Assembly (NCBI GenBank): GCA_022749815.1
Contig: JAKIWV010000005.1
Span: 23,315-87,314, forward strand
Reading direction: 5' to 3'
Source: Thermoplasmata archaeon
GTDB taxonomy: Archaea; Thermoplasmatota; Thermoplasmata; Lutacidiplasmatales; UBA184
DNA: 64,000 bases
Made by a program: the position numbers and the translations under genes. The notes under the pieces are model-generated. The model saw nothing but the letters and a program-made list of their open reading frames with translations. It did no database searches and was not told the origin of the DNA. This document shows, piece after piece, positions 29,772 to 38,996 of the stretch (positions are counted from its first letter, which is position 1; the number at the start of each line of letters is the position of its first letter).

Positions 29772-30021
29772 GTTTCGGAACTGTGCTTCGGTTTTCTGAT
29801 GGATCGACCCCAAGTACGCCCCGGCGTAAAGGGCGTACGATTGGCTCGCCCGGCGGGAACTGCGCTCCAGCGCCCCCCGCGAGACGTTCCTCTCCTATCC
29901 ACGGGCGCGACGTCCGCGATCGACTGAGTGAAAGACCACAAGCTCTCCGGGACCCAACCCATCGAACCTAACGCTGTCTCAACTCGGTGCCCTTATCAAT
30001 CAGAAGACGGTCTGGGGGTGC

Positions 30022-30261
30022 ATGCCGAAGTTCATCGACACGCATCCCATGGGCAAGCTGACCGCGGATCAATTGAAGCACCTTCAGACTGCCGCGAAGG
30101 ACGAGTTCGGCGTCACTCACCACGACATCCTGTTCAACGCGCAAGAGGACAGGGTCTACTGCGTCCTGGACGCGCCGAACCGCGCCGCCGTGGAGCGCCA
30201 TCACCAGCACGCGGGCATCAAGTGCGAGTGGGTCCGCGAAGTCGAGTCGACGAGAGTTTAG
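30022..30261 (+). CDS. DUF4242 / SCO4226-like nickel-binding protein
   Basis: MPKFIDTH, VYCVLDAPN..AV..HH..AG. Confidence 0.85.
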   Translation: MPKFIDTHPMGKLTADQLKHLQTAAKDEFGVTHHDILFNAQEDRVYCVLDAPNRAAVERHHQHAGIKCEWVREVESTRV

Positions 30262-30766
30262 ACTCGTTAACACATAGCCGCCACGCTAAGGGCCTGAGGC
30301 CTCCACACCCGACGTCTACTCCTCGGGTCTCCCGCTGCCTTGGGGGTCAAAACCCTCTCCGTTCGCATCGCGCTCGCAGAGGGGACACGATGAGATCGGT
30401 CATCCGTCGGTAGTGAAGTTCGGGCCCCAGGTAACAGTATCTAGCGTCAGGGTCCATCGGTCGTGGGGTATCCGGCCACCTCCCACGATTCGAATCCTCG
30501 AAGGCTAACTCCGGTTTGAGCTGGGCGGAGTCAGCGACCTACTGCTCACAACAGGCGCCCCGCCTACCTCGCTGCGATAGGCGGAGTGGAGAGCTAACCC
30601 GGACTTCGCGAAACTCCGACCCCCACAGGAGTTAACCGCGCTACAACGCTTTGCGCGGGGGATGTGCGGTCCGTATCCCCCCGTCGCTCCGACCTCTTAT
30701 CCGGGGATGGCCGAAATCAAAGAACAGCAAGGTCCCAAGACTTACATTGAAGATGACTTCTGATCG

Positions 30767-31186
30767 ATGGAGGACTCGGTCCCTCGTTGGAGAGCCGTCG
30801 GGCTTCTAGGGGGGCTCGTCACAGTTGAAGGGTTGGTTTTGTGGGGGGATCTCAGCGGAACGAGCATAGGTCTCCCCCCAGCACCTGCCAACCCCGGAAT
30901 CGTCCGTATCGGAGGGGCGTTTCTCCTGAGCCTGGGTGGGGTCACGACCATCCTTGTCGGGTTCACTGAGGAGGGTGTGGCCTTCTTCGGCGCGGAGACC
31001 ATTGGGATTGCCGTGGACCTGGTCTTCCCTCTGAGCGGAGCCCCCGCAGGCTAACCGCTGCCCGTCAATCCAGGACCGTTCGGAACTGACCTTGCCGTCA
31101 TTCGGGGCCTGCTGGCCGCCGGCGCCTTCCTTCTCGTTATCGGCGTTGCCAAATCGGTGAAGGCCTATCGGGCGCCTGATGAGTAG
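30767..31186 (+). pseudogene. 4-TM membrane protein interrupted by an in-frame TAA at 31052-31054
   Basis: The frame continues after the stop as PLPVNPGPFGTDLAVIRGLLAAGAFLLVIGVAKSVKAYRAPDE*, which echoes the first half (PAPANPG...GGAFLL). Confidence 0.55.
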
Positions 31187-31312
31187 GAATAGGTCGTACC
31201 TCTGGCGCGGCGTAAGTGCCCCCTAACCGGTCGCTCGCTTCAGATGGGTTCGAACCACCAGGTGAAGGGCCGCGTCCGCGAGGTCCGCCCGCACCAGTTC
31301 TGGGCTGCGCCC

Positions 31313-31338
31313 ACCGGGCGTGGGGGTATCCGAAACCT
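31313..31338 (-). repeat. degenerate copy of the tRNA-Arg 3' end (att-like)
   Basis: accgggcgtgggggtatccgaaacct versus accgggcgtggggggattcgaacccc at 33366; 22/26 identical. Confidence 0.6.
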
Positions 31339-31606
31339 CCGGGGGTTCGAATATCGGTGACTTCTAGCAGCACGCGTGCCTGCCGACGAGCTAGGGGACC
31401 CCCCTATTACACGACCCCGTCGTTAGCAATCCGTCCAGGTGGCCCAATCAACATCGATGGGCCCAGAACCCGCCCGTTGGCAGCCCTGCTCGCGGCTTGG
31501 GCCTCCGACTACCACTTGAGACCGACCACGTAGAGGCTACAAAGAAGGCCCAACAGGGACACGTCAGGGTCCCACTTCGGAAGGAAAGCACTGGCGGAAC
31601 CGCGGG

Positions 31607-32959
31607 CTAGTTAACGGCATCGACAGAGAACAGGCGCCTCTTCTCCTCAATTCCCTTGAGTTCATGTTCACCTTGATCCTTGAAGGATATTCCCGAGCCG
31701 TAGACGAGATCTCTCACGGTGCTTGAGACCAACACCTGTCCCGCGGAGGCTTCGTTCAGAATACGTGACGCCACATGAACCGCGATCCCGCTGACGTCCG
31801 TCGCTCCGAAAATACATTCTCCGGTGTGGGCTGCCGCCCTGATTTCGATGCCGAGGTCCTTGGCTGACCTTGTGACCGCCCAAGCAAATCTCAGCGCCCG
31901 GGTAGGGCCGTCAAAAGTAACGAGGAAGCCATCACCGGTGTTCTTGACCACCGATCCGGTGAATCTCTCCACTTCGTTTTTCACCATCGAATTGTGACGT
32001 TCAAGAATGACCTGCCACTTACTGTCTCCAAGCTCGGCGGCTCTTTTCGTCGAGCCAACGATGTCCGTGAACAGGACCGTGGTCAGCATCCTGTCCGGAT
32101 GCCACATTGGCTCCGTGCGCGTCACGAAATTCTTGATCTCCTGCAGAATCCGGTCGGTAAGGCGTTCGTCAACGTAGAACAGATGGTCAACCCCGGGCAA
32201 CTCCAGCAGTCGTGCATTCGGGACATGTGCGGCGATGTAGCGGCCCTCTCCTACGTCACAAACTCTGTCCTCGCTCAGGTGGATGACGAGCGTCGGGATA
32301 TGGACGGCGGGAAGTATGCTCCTCACATCCATCGCCATCTCTGATTTGCCGAGGGCCAGGGCGGCGCCTGGGCTCCCTCCCATACGAGAGGTGTCGCCTA
32401 GCCAGCGCGTGAACTCCTCATCGCCACGGCGACTGGGGGCAAGAGCAGACACCCTTCGATCTTCCCACTCCTTCGTGCCCCACGTGCGCTCTATCCTGTC
32501 GAACGCCGATTTCCACTGCTCCTCTGTGCTTGCCCACGGATAATCAGGGTCCCAGCTCCCTTTCGCTTCGCCTCCGTACAGAATGAGACTTCTCGTTCGT
32601 GCGGGGTAGCTTGCCGCGAATAAGATACTCATTGCCACACCTCCCGACATCCCAAACAATACGGCATCGCGAAAGTCCGCGGCATCCATGACCGCTCGAA
32701 TATCATCCATGTTCTGTTCGAAGGTGGGAATTCCGGTGTCGCGGTCGGAACGGCCTGTTCCCCGTTTGTCGAAAATCGCGACCCGCGCAAATTTCCCGAG
32801 GGCTTCGAAGAATCGCTTGGAACTCGGATACCCCCAGCGGTAATCTAGGTGGGTAACCGAGCCCGGAGCGTACACCAGATTGATGGGGCCGCTTCCATAG
32901 ACCTGGTAGGCTATGTGGACGTCGGCACTCTTCGCATACCTAACCTCGGGTGCGTCCAT
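31607..32959 (-). CDS. alpha/beta hydrolase - class III adenylate/guanylate cyclase fusion (LipJ-like)
   Basis: IAYQV.G.G, DKRGTG.SD, GMSGG; LFTDIVGST, KNTGDG, HTGE, VLVS.TV, LKG. Confidence 0.93.
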   Translation of the reverse strand: MDAPEVRYAKSADVHIAYQVYGSGPINLVYAPGSVTHLDYRWGYPSSKRFFEALGKFARVAIFDKRGTGRSDRDTGIPTFEQNMDDIRAVMDAADFRDAVLFGMSGGVAMSILFAASYPARTRSLILYGGEAKGSWDPDYPWASTEEQWKSAFDRIERTWGTKEWEDRRVSALAPSRRGDEEFTRWLGDTSRMGGSPGAALALGKSEMAMDVRSILPAVHIPTLVIHLSEDRVCDVGEGRYIAAHVPNARLLELPGVDHLFYVDERLTDRILQEIKNFVTRTEPMWHPDRMLTTVLFTDIVGSTKRAAELGDSKWQVILERHNSMVKNEVERFTGSVVKNTGDGFLVTFDGPTRALRFAWAVTRSAKDLGIEIRAAAHTGECIFGATDVSGIAVHVASRILNEASAGQVLVSSTVRDLVYGSGISFKDQGEHELKGIEEKRRLFSVDAVN

Positions 32960-33367
32960 GTGAATCTTCCCCTGACGAAATCCAATCTATCTCATAGCTC
33001 ATTCGCGACCACGGCGGAGAAAGCATGGTCGTGTATGATGCCCATGCTGGAAACCCTCCAGTTGCTGACGATTCTCGAGTTGGGCGAGGTCTAATTGCCG
33101 TTATCGTGTCCGGCCCGAGCTTTCGTCGCCGGGATCGCGGCATTCCTCATTTTTGGCTGGCTTCGAAGGTACCGTATTCGAGGCTCCTTGAAACAGATGG
33201 GAGTTACGAATCCTCTCGAGTCGGAGAAACCCACCCCTTCCCGGAGGATGGTAGCAGAATAGTTCTGGCGCCCTGCACGTGAACGTCGATCCGGCGCGAA
33301 CACTCAGCGATAAATCCACGAAAAGAGTCCTAAGGCATTCAGAGAGCAGGGGCGGTTCGAATCCGAC

Positions 33368-33442
33368 CGGGCGTGGGGGGATTCGAACCCCCGACCCTCG
33401 GGTTAGGAACCCGATGCCCTATCCAGACTAGGCCACACGCCC
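33368..33442 (-). tRNA. tRNA-Arg (anticodon CCT), intron-less, CCA not encoded
   Basis: GGGCGTGTGGCCTAGTCTGGATAGGGCATCGGGTTCCTAACCCGAGGGTCGGGGGTTCGAATCCCCCCACGCCCG folds as a cloverleaf. Confidence 0.96.
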
Positions 33443-33505
33443 ACTCGTCCGGGGACGTTCGGCGCCTTAGCGCTTGCCGCGAGCGGTCGGGGCCGAGGCG
33501 CGCCC

Positions 33506-34465
33506 CTAGCGTTGGGGCCCCGGCGGCATCGCGCCGCCCGTGGGGGGGGTACCGCCTGATCCGCCCGACGCCCCCTCCGGAGTCTCTTCCCTACCCATGC
33601 GGCCGGCGCGTTCCTCCCGCCTCGCCTGGAACAAGAGCGCGACGGTAACGAGGCCCCCAACGACTAGGATGCCAATGACGATCGCCCAGCCTGTCGTACC
33701 GATACCCGAGGAAGCCGTTGTCTTCACGGCGGGGGTAACGGTGACGGTGACATTCTTGAGGGGTGATGCCAGACCGAACAGGTCGATGGCAGAGACCGTC
33801 ACATTGTAGACCCCCGCCCGTGAGGGCACGCAAGAGAAGGACGAAGTGTTGCCCGTGCAACCGATGGGAAGACCAGTGTAGCGGTACGTGTAGGGGCCCG
33901 TCCCGGAGGCGCCTGTGGCGTTGAACCAAATAGTGGAATTTACCGCGGCCGGGGTCTTGCTGACGGCAAATACTGATACGACGGGAGGCGGATTCACAGT
34001 GATGACCAGCGGGCTTGACGTCGCGTGGACATTTGCACTCGTGTCGTTAACGGTGACCGTCACCGAGTAGCTGCCTGCCGTTGTCGGAGTGCAGCTCGTA
34101 GGGTCCAGCCCGTCATTCACGCAGCCGGTGGGTAGGCCTTTCCAGGTGTAGGTGTAGTTGCTCGCGTTGTTGGTGCCTCCGGTCGCGGTAACGGACAGGT
34201 TGAAGGCCACCGTAACGTCGACCGTCGTGTTGTTGGCGGACACGGGACTGAGCATCATCGGGGGGAACGCCGGGAACACCGCACGATCGATGCCGACAGT
34301 TAGGAGGGGGTTGAGCCCCCTCGCCAAAACCCCGGGGCCACCCGCCCCAGCAAGCAGCAGCAGGGTCACGACCGCGGTCGCGGCGACCAAGAGGGCCCAG
34401 GTCTTCACGGCGGGCGGGTCTTTCGAACCGTGGACCGGGGGGGAGGTGAGACGCTCTCCCGACAT
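33506..34465 (-). CDS. cell-surface protein with two PKD/Ig-like domains and a C-terminal TM
   Basis: Two repeats Y.Y...GLP.GC......C.P...G.Y.VTV...D; many N-x-S/T sequons. Confidence 0.85.
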   Translation of the reverse strand: MSGERLTSPPVHGSKDPPAVKTWALLVAATAVVTLLLLAGAGGPGVLARGLNPLLTVGIDRAVFPAFPPMMLSPVSANNTTVDVTVAFNLSVTATGGTNNASNYTYTWKGLPTGCVNDGLDPTSCTPTTAGSYSVTVTVNDTSANVHATSSPLVITVNPPPVVSVFAVSKTPAAVNSTIWFNATGASGTGPYTYRYTGLPIGCTGNTSSFSCVPSRAGVYNVTVSAIDLFGLASPLKNVTVTVTPAVKTTASSGIGTTGWAIVIGILVVGGLVTVALLFQARREERAGRMGREETPEGASGGSGGTPPTGGAMPPGPQR

Positions 34466-34596
34466 GCGCGCGAGGACCCGCACCTACGACAAAAACCTAT
34501 CGGCGGACCCCTGAGGGAGCGGAGGCATGTCTGCGGGGTGAACCCACCCTCTCGAACTGTTCCAGTCCGGCCTGAAGGAGGGGGAGCCTCTTTCCG

Positions 34597-34920
34597 TCAG
34601 TACCGGGGGACCGAGGCGTCGATGATCCGAGACCATTCGTCGATACCGCCGGTGAGGTTCGCGACGTTTTCGAATCCTTCGGTCTCTAGATAACCCGCCA
34701 CTGCGAAGGAGCGATTTCCGTGGTGGCAGTAGACGATGATCCGACGATCTTTGGGGAGCTCCTCCAAGTGATCCGGCACCGTGCTCATCGGGAAGTGGGT
34801 CGAGGGCTCGATGAGGGCCACTGCCCGCTCTTCGTCTTCACGGACGTCGAGCAGCACGATAGTCTCCGGCGCAGTATTCAAGAGAGATGCCAACTCCGTC
34901 GTCGCGATCGAGTCGACCAC
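34597..34920 (-). CDS. rhodanese-like sulfurtransferase
   Basis: LLDVRE..E, YCHHGNRS, NLTGGIDEW. Confidence 0.93.
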   Translation of the reverse strand: MVDSIATTELASLLNTAPETIVLLDVREDEERAVALIEPSTHFPMSTVPDHLEELPKDRRIIVYCHHGNRSFAVAGYLETEGFENVANLTGGIDEWSRIIDASVPRY

Positions 34921-35026
34921 ATTTCCCTAGAAACCATCGACCGAATAGAGACTTCGGGGTCCGGAGGTACCGGATGTTCGATCCGCCGTTACGAAGTCGA
35001 CTGATCGCCGGTAGGAGCTTCGGCGC

Positions 35027-35818
35027 CTAATACCAGGCATCGACGGACGCGAGGGCGGTCACCTGCTGGCTCCACACCAGGTCGCTGTTGAACAGAACTA
35101 GATAGACCGTCTGTCCGGGGAGCTCGCTCAGGTCCACGCTCATGGACACGTTCTGGGCCGCGGTGCAGGTTTCCTCGATGTCGAGGCACCAAATGGGATT
35201 GCTGATCGCCTTCCCGAGGGTGAGGTTCGTTTCATCGTTTACATTCAAGACTTCCACGTAGGCGAGGCAGTTGCCGCCGAGCGAGCATCCTGTGACATTC
35301 GTTGTCCCATTGATCCAAGCCGAGATCGCCGTCACGGGGATCGTTACGGGAATGATCCATGCGTTCGACATGCCAGCTCCGAGAGTCTGGGCAGACGCGT
35401 TGAGCACCACGGGGCTCTCCCGCACTGGATCGACCTCCACGGCGGCGCCAGCCGCCGCCCCGTGGCCGACATGGTCCGTCACTCGGAGCAAAAGCTGATA
35501 CGAGCCGTGAGTCGTGTACACGTGGTCGGCCTCGGACGTAGTGCCGGAAGCGCCGTCGCCAAAGCTCCAGTTGTAGACGTACGGTGGGGTCCCGCCGCTC
35601 ACATTTGCGGTCACTGCGATCGACAGAGGATGCGCGCCGGTCGTCCGGTTGATCAGGATCGATGCGAGAAGAGGCGACGGGGTGACGGGCCGGGGGAAAG
35701 GCCAGTAGGCCGCCACGACGACGCTCGTGAGGATCACGAGCGTCGCCACGAGGAGGGGCACGAGCCATCGGGGAGGCGGTTTGCGGACCGGGGACCCTCG
35801 ACGCGCGGCGGCGTACAA
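35027..35818 (-). CDS. PKD domain membrane-anchored protein
   Basis: N-terminal TM; GG.PPY.Y.WSFGDG, H.Y...G.Y...L.VTD; start uncertain. Confidence 0.85.
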   Translation of the reverse strand: MYAAARRGSPVRKPPPRWLVPLLVATLVILTSVVVAAYWPFPRPVTPSPLLASILINRTTGAHPLSIAVTANVSGGTPPYVYNWSFGDGASGTTSEADHVYTTHGSYQLLLRVTDHVGHGAAAGAAVEVDPVRESPVVLNASAQTLGAGMSNAWIIPVTIPVTAISAWINGTTNVTGCSLGGNCLAYVEVLNVNDETNLTLGKAISNPIWCLDIEETCTAAQNVSMSVDLSELPGQTVYLVLFNSDLVWSQQVTALASVDAWY

Positions 35819-36309
35819 CGCGAGCGGTGGGGGAAGGTCCCGGATGCGTTCCCGGCGGGCAGAGGGCGGTTGCGTGGCGGACCCAAGACGGCAAAATCGA
35901 AAAGGGTTGCGTTGACGACCCCGGCGGCTCGGGTCCCGGAGGACCACGACGTGGCCGTCTTCGTCTCGCATCGGAATCGAGGAAACAGGCGTGCAGCGGC
36001 CGGGAACAACCCGACCACGAACAGCGCGAGCAGAATCCGTCCGTTGTGAAGGTAGAACGTTACCGAGTACTATGGGCCGTTCCGTTGCTCCCCGCTATGG
36101 GTCCCCCCGCGAAGACGCTCAATCGATGCGGGGTTCGGGAAGGCATCGCAAGCGGCCCCCCACGGGGGGGATCCCCCGCCAGCTTCGATCCAGTCGCGGA
36201 CATCGAACGCGTCACCTCTGGCTCGGGGAGGTGTCTCTGACGCGAGTGGCCGTCGATGGCTCCGGCACGGCGCGTTCGGTGCCATACATCCTCCGACGGA
36301 TGGTGGCGG

Positions 36310-37185
36310 TCAGCTGAACTCGTCCAATCGCCGGGACCCGGCGGGACGAGGAGGCGCGGGGGGGGACACCTCGTGACTCCGCTCGGCCGCTCCTTCCACG
36401 AACCGGCGGTAGGCAATGGTTGGCAGCCCCAGCAGTTCCCGGAAAAGATTGACGGACTCGGGAGCGAATCCGGCATAGTGGTTATTGAAGAAGACCAGGG
36501 CCCGGATCAGCTCACTCGACCGGGCACTGACGCGGTCCGCCCAGCGCTTGGTCTCGGCGGTTCGGTCGGCGCGGACCTCCCCGTGGGTCTCGGCGGGGAT
36601 CGACGTATGGTCGCCGATGAAGCGGAGGTAGATCTCATCTGAGGTGAGCTCGGGGGGAATCTCCACGTAGTTCAGACTGGCCCAGGCGAGCGTGATGTGC
36701 TGGTCCCGGAGGTCGCGAAGGAGTCGCTCGCGCGTCTCGCCCAAGAACCAACCGGCATCCCGGAGTTCGACGGCGTACGTCGGTCCGGGAGGAAGGACGC
36801 TCAACAAATCGGACAAGAACTGCGTGCTCCTGCCCGGTTTCACCCACGGGGGGAACTGGAGAAGGATCGGGCCCAGTTTCTCGTGGAGGGTCAGTGCGGC
36901 GGCGACGAATTCCTTCAGTTTCTCGGCATTGACGGGTTTCTTCGGGTCGAGCAGGTCTCGGGTGAGTTTCAGCGCGAATAGGAACTCCGCGGGGGTCCGG
37001 GCGTACCAGGCCTCGACCATCCGGCGGGCCGGCAGGGTGTAGTATGTGGCGTCGACTTCGACGCAGTCGAACAGGCGGGCGTACAGACCGAGCCGGTCCG
37101 ACGGGGGAGTCCCTTCGGGATAGACCCGGCCCCACCACGCCTCGGAAGTCCAAGACGAGGTGCCGGTTCGAAGCTCGGCGACCAC
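36310..37185 (-). CDS. DUF72 (YecE-like) protein
   Basis: GTSSW....W...YP, VEVDATYY, LQFPP, VELR, YLRF.G, FFNNHY.G. Confidence 0.93.
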   Translation of the reverse strand: MVAELRTGTSSWTSEAWWGRVYPEGTPPSDRLGLYARLFDCVEVDATYYTLPARRMVEAWYARTPAEFLFALKLTRDLLDPKKPVNAEKLKEFVAAALTLHEKLGPILLQFPPWVKPGRSTQFLSDLLSVLPPGPTYAVELRDAGWFLGETRERLLRDLRDQHITLAWASLNYVEIPPELTSDEIYLRFIGDHTSIPAETHGEVRADRTAETKRWADRVSARSSELIRALVFFNNHYAGFAPESVNLFRELLGLPTIAYRRFVEGAAERSHEVSPPAPPRPAGSRRLDEFS

Positions 37186-37287
37186 ATGCCCCGAAGGAGC
37201 GGCCAGGCAAAGGAGCTTGCGAGTGGGTGACGGTCCAAACGTACTTCACGTAGCGAGGGCTCCGAGTAACCCCTCTTCGAGGCGCAG

Positions 37288-37845
37288 TTGGTGCTGATCT
37301 TGCGACGCCGACAACAGACTCAACTTCCACGAGGGGAGGGGGAGGCGCCGGAGCCCGAGGTTGCCCCGAGCACCTTTCTCCCCGGCCGGACCCCTCCCCG
37401 CTACCTCGCAGACCCGAGGGGAACCCCTGCCTGGCGCCGGGTGCGCGCGGCAATACTGGCTCGAGATCACTCCACGTGTCGCGGCTGTCGTCAGACCGCT
37501 TCTGACGTCGACCACATCGTCGAGTTGATCGACGGGGGTGCACCCTACGACCCCGAGAACCTGCAGGCGTTATGCGCTCCGTGTCACGATGCGAAGTCTT
37601 CCGAGGCGCGGTATCAACGTGCGACCCGAGCCACGAGCTCCTGGGGACGGATGGCGCTCTGTCCGTGGTGTTCCGGAACCGGCCGCTGCGCCACCTGCGC
37701 CAAACTCGCCCATCCATGTCCCGGATGCCTCGGCGTTCGTGTCGTCCCCGAGCGCAGCGAACTGCTGGAGGAGATCCCGAGCCAGTCCGTTCTCTCCGAG
37801 GTCAGCTCCCTCGCCTGGGTCGGGGCCCGGCCCCGAGAGGACTGA
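37288..37845 (+). CDS. HNH endonuclease with a C-terminal Cys-rich zinc module
   Basis: W...R..IL.RD...C..C, VDHI....GG, NLQALC..CH..K; CPWCSGTGRC..C..CPGC.G. Confidence 0.85.
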   Translation: MVLILRRRQQTQLPRGEGEAPEPEVAPSTFLPGRTPPRYLADPRGTPAWRRVRAAILARDHSTCRGCRQTASDVDHIVELIDGGAPYDPENLQALCAPCHDAKSSEARYQRATRATSSWGRMALCPWCSGTGRCATCAKLAHPCPGCLGVRVVPERSELLEEIPSQSVLSEVSSLAWVGARPRED

Positions 37846-37852
37846 ATCCCGT

Positions 37853-38881
37853 TCAGGTCCGTTGCGCGGAGGGGCGTGCCGATGTGGGCGCGCCCGAGTG
37901 TATTGTGTCGAGGAGAGAGCACAACGGGCATACATTCGGCGTGCCTTCCGAGCGGGAACGGTCCCGGCACTCGGAACAGAGCGGCTCGCCGCAGACTTGG
38001 CACTGAGAGATCGTTCCCTCGTCGATGATCACTGACCCGCACCCACCGCAGGTCGCGATCTTCCCGGGCGCTTCCGACTCGAGATCGTCCAATGGATCAT
38101 TGGACGGGCGCGAGTCGGTCGGCCGCGATTCCACCCGGGAGGAATTGGTTGACGGGGGTTCCACCGAAGGCACCGAGGTCTCCGGCAGGCTCGGTGTCGA
38201 GGGGGCCGCCTCACTCGCAGCACCCGAGGAATGCAGGTCGGCCTCGATCCGGTCGATCTCCTTCAGCAGCGCGCCCACATCGTCGGGGGGGACAGGGGGT
38301 GCCGGAGCCCCGGCCGTCGTTTCGGGTGGGGGTGACGAGGCCATGCCGCGGGCCCTCACCGGGCTTCTTTGGGGCCGGGGGCGGGGGAGCTCCTGCCGCT
38401 TCACCACAGAATCGACGCGAGGGGGTTTGAACTGACCGGGTGGAACGGCCGGCGGCGAGTAGCTCACCGGGCGGACGGGCGTCGGGAGGTTGCGCTCGAT
38501 CGAGCCGTTCTCGATCGGATGGTCGGGCTCGGCAAAGACGGAAAGCGTACCGCCAACGAGAGCGATAGTTCCGAGGGCGAGGAACGGAAGCCAGAGCGGG
38601 ATCCGGCCGAGGGCGGCCCCATGCCCCTCCAAGATGACGAAGGTCGCGGCGACGACACAGCCTGCTCCGAAAAAGAACAACGGAAAGCTGGCGGCGAGGT
38701 TCCCTGCCACGGGTGAGACGGGTGTGATATTACGATCTCGCGGCCGGCTCTCTGTGGCCGGGCCCTCGGTCGGGTCCGGCGGGGCGGGTCGTCCCGATTC
38801 AAATCCGGGGTCGATGCGGACCCGGGGCAAGCTCCGGTGCCGTTGCGAGGGCCGGTTCCCTAAAGACGTCTCGGCGTTCAT
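37853..38881 (-). CDS. hypothetical 2-TM protein with Pro-rich linker and C-terminal 8-Cys zinc finger
   Basis: CGGC..CQVC..LCSEC..CPLC; start uncertain. Confidence 0.7.
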   Translation of the reverse strand: MNAETSLGNRPSQRHRSLPRVRIDPGFESGRPAPPDPTEGPATESRPRDRNITPVSPVAGNLAASFPLFFFGAGCVVAATFVILEGHGAALGRIPLWLPFLALGTIALVGGTLSVFAEPDHPIENGSIERNLPTPVRPVSYSPPAVPPGQFKPPRVDSVVKRQELPRPRPQRSPVRARGMASSPPPETTAGAPAPPVPPDDVGALLKEIDRIEADLHSSGAASEAAPSTPSLPETSVPSVEPPSTNSSRVESRPTDSRPSNDPLDDLESEAPGKIATCGGCGSVIIDEGTISQCQVCGEPLCSECRDRSRSEGTPNVCPLCSLLDTIHSGAPTSARPSAQRT

Positions 38882-38996
38882 GCGACGGAGGGGCCCCTGC
38901 GGGGGAGGCCCCCTACCCTAGGCTAGTAATCGCTCTTCGGGGGAGTTCAACCTGTCGGAGGGCCCGAGGGGGCGCGGGTGGAGTCCGTCGCTGCCT

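Noticed and set aside
30420-30740. Several hairpins in non-coding DNA
   Set aside because: No recognisable RNA family; compatible with chance GC-rich stems or decayed sequence
31052-31054. Possible stop-codon recoding
   Set aside because: The codon is TAA, not the TGA or TAG used for Sec or Pyl
33349-33368. GGCGGTTCGAATCCGAC T-arm-like sequence on the plus strand next to the tRNA
   Set aside because: No D or anticodon arms and an imperfect stem; at most a remnant
37288-37845. HNH as an IscB/Cas9-like effector
   Set aside because: Too short, with no RuvC motifs and no array or adjacent structured RNA seen
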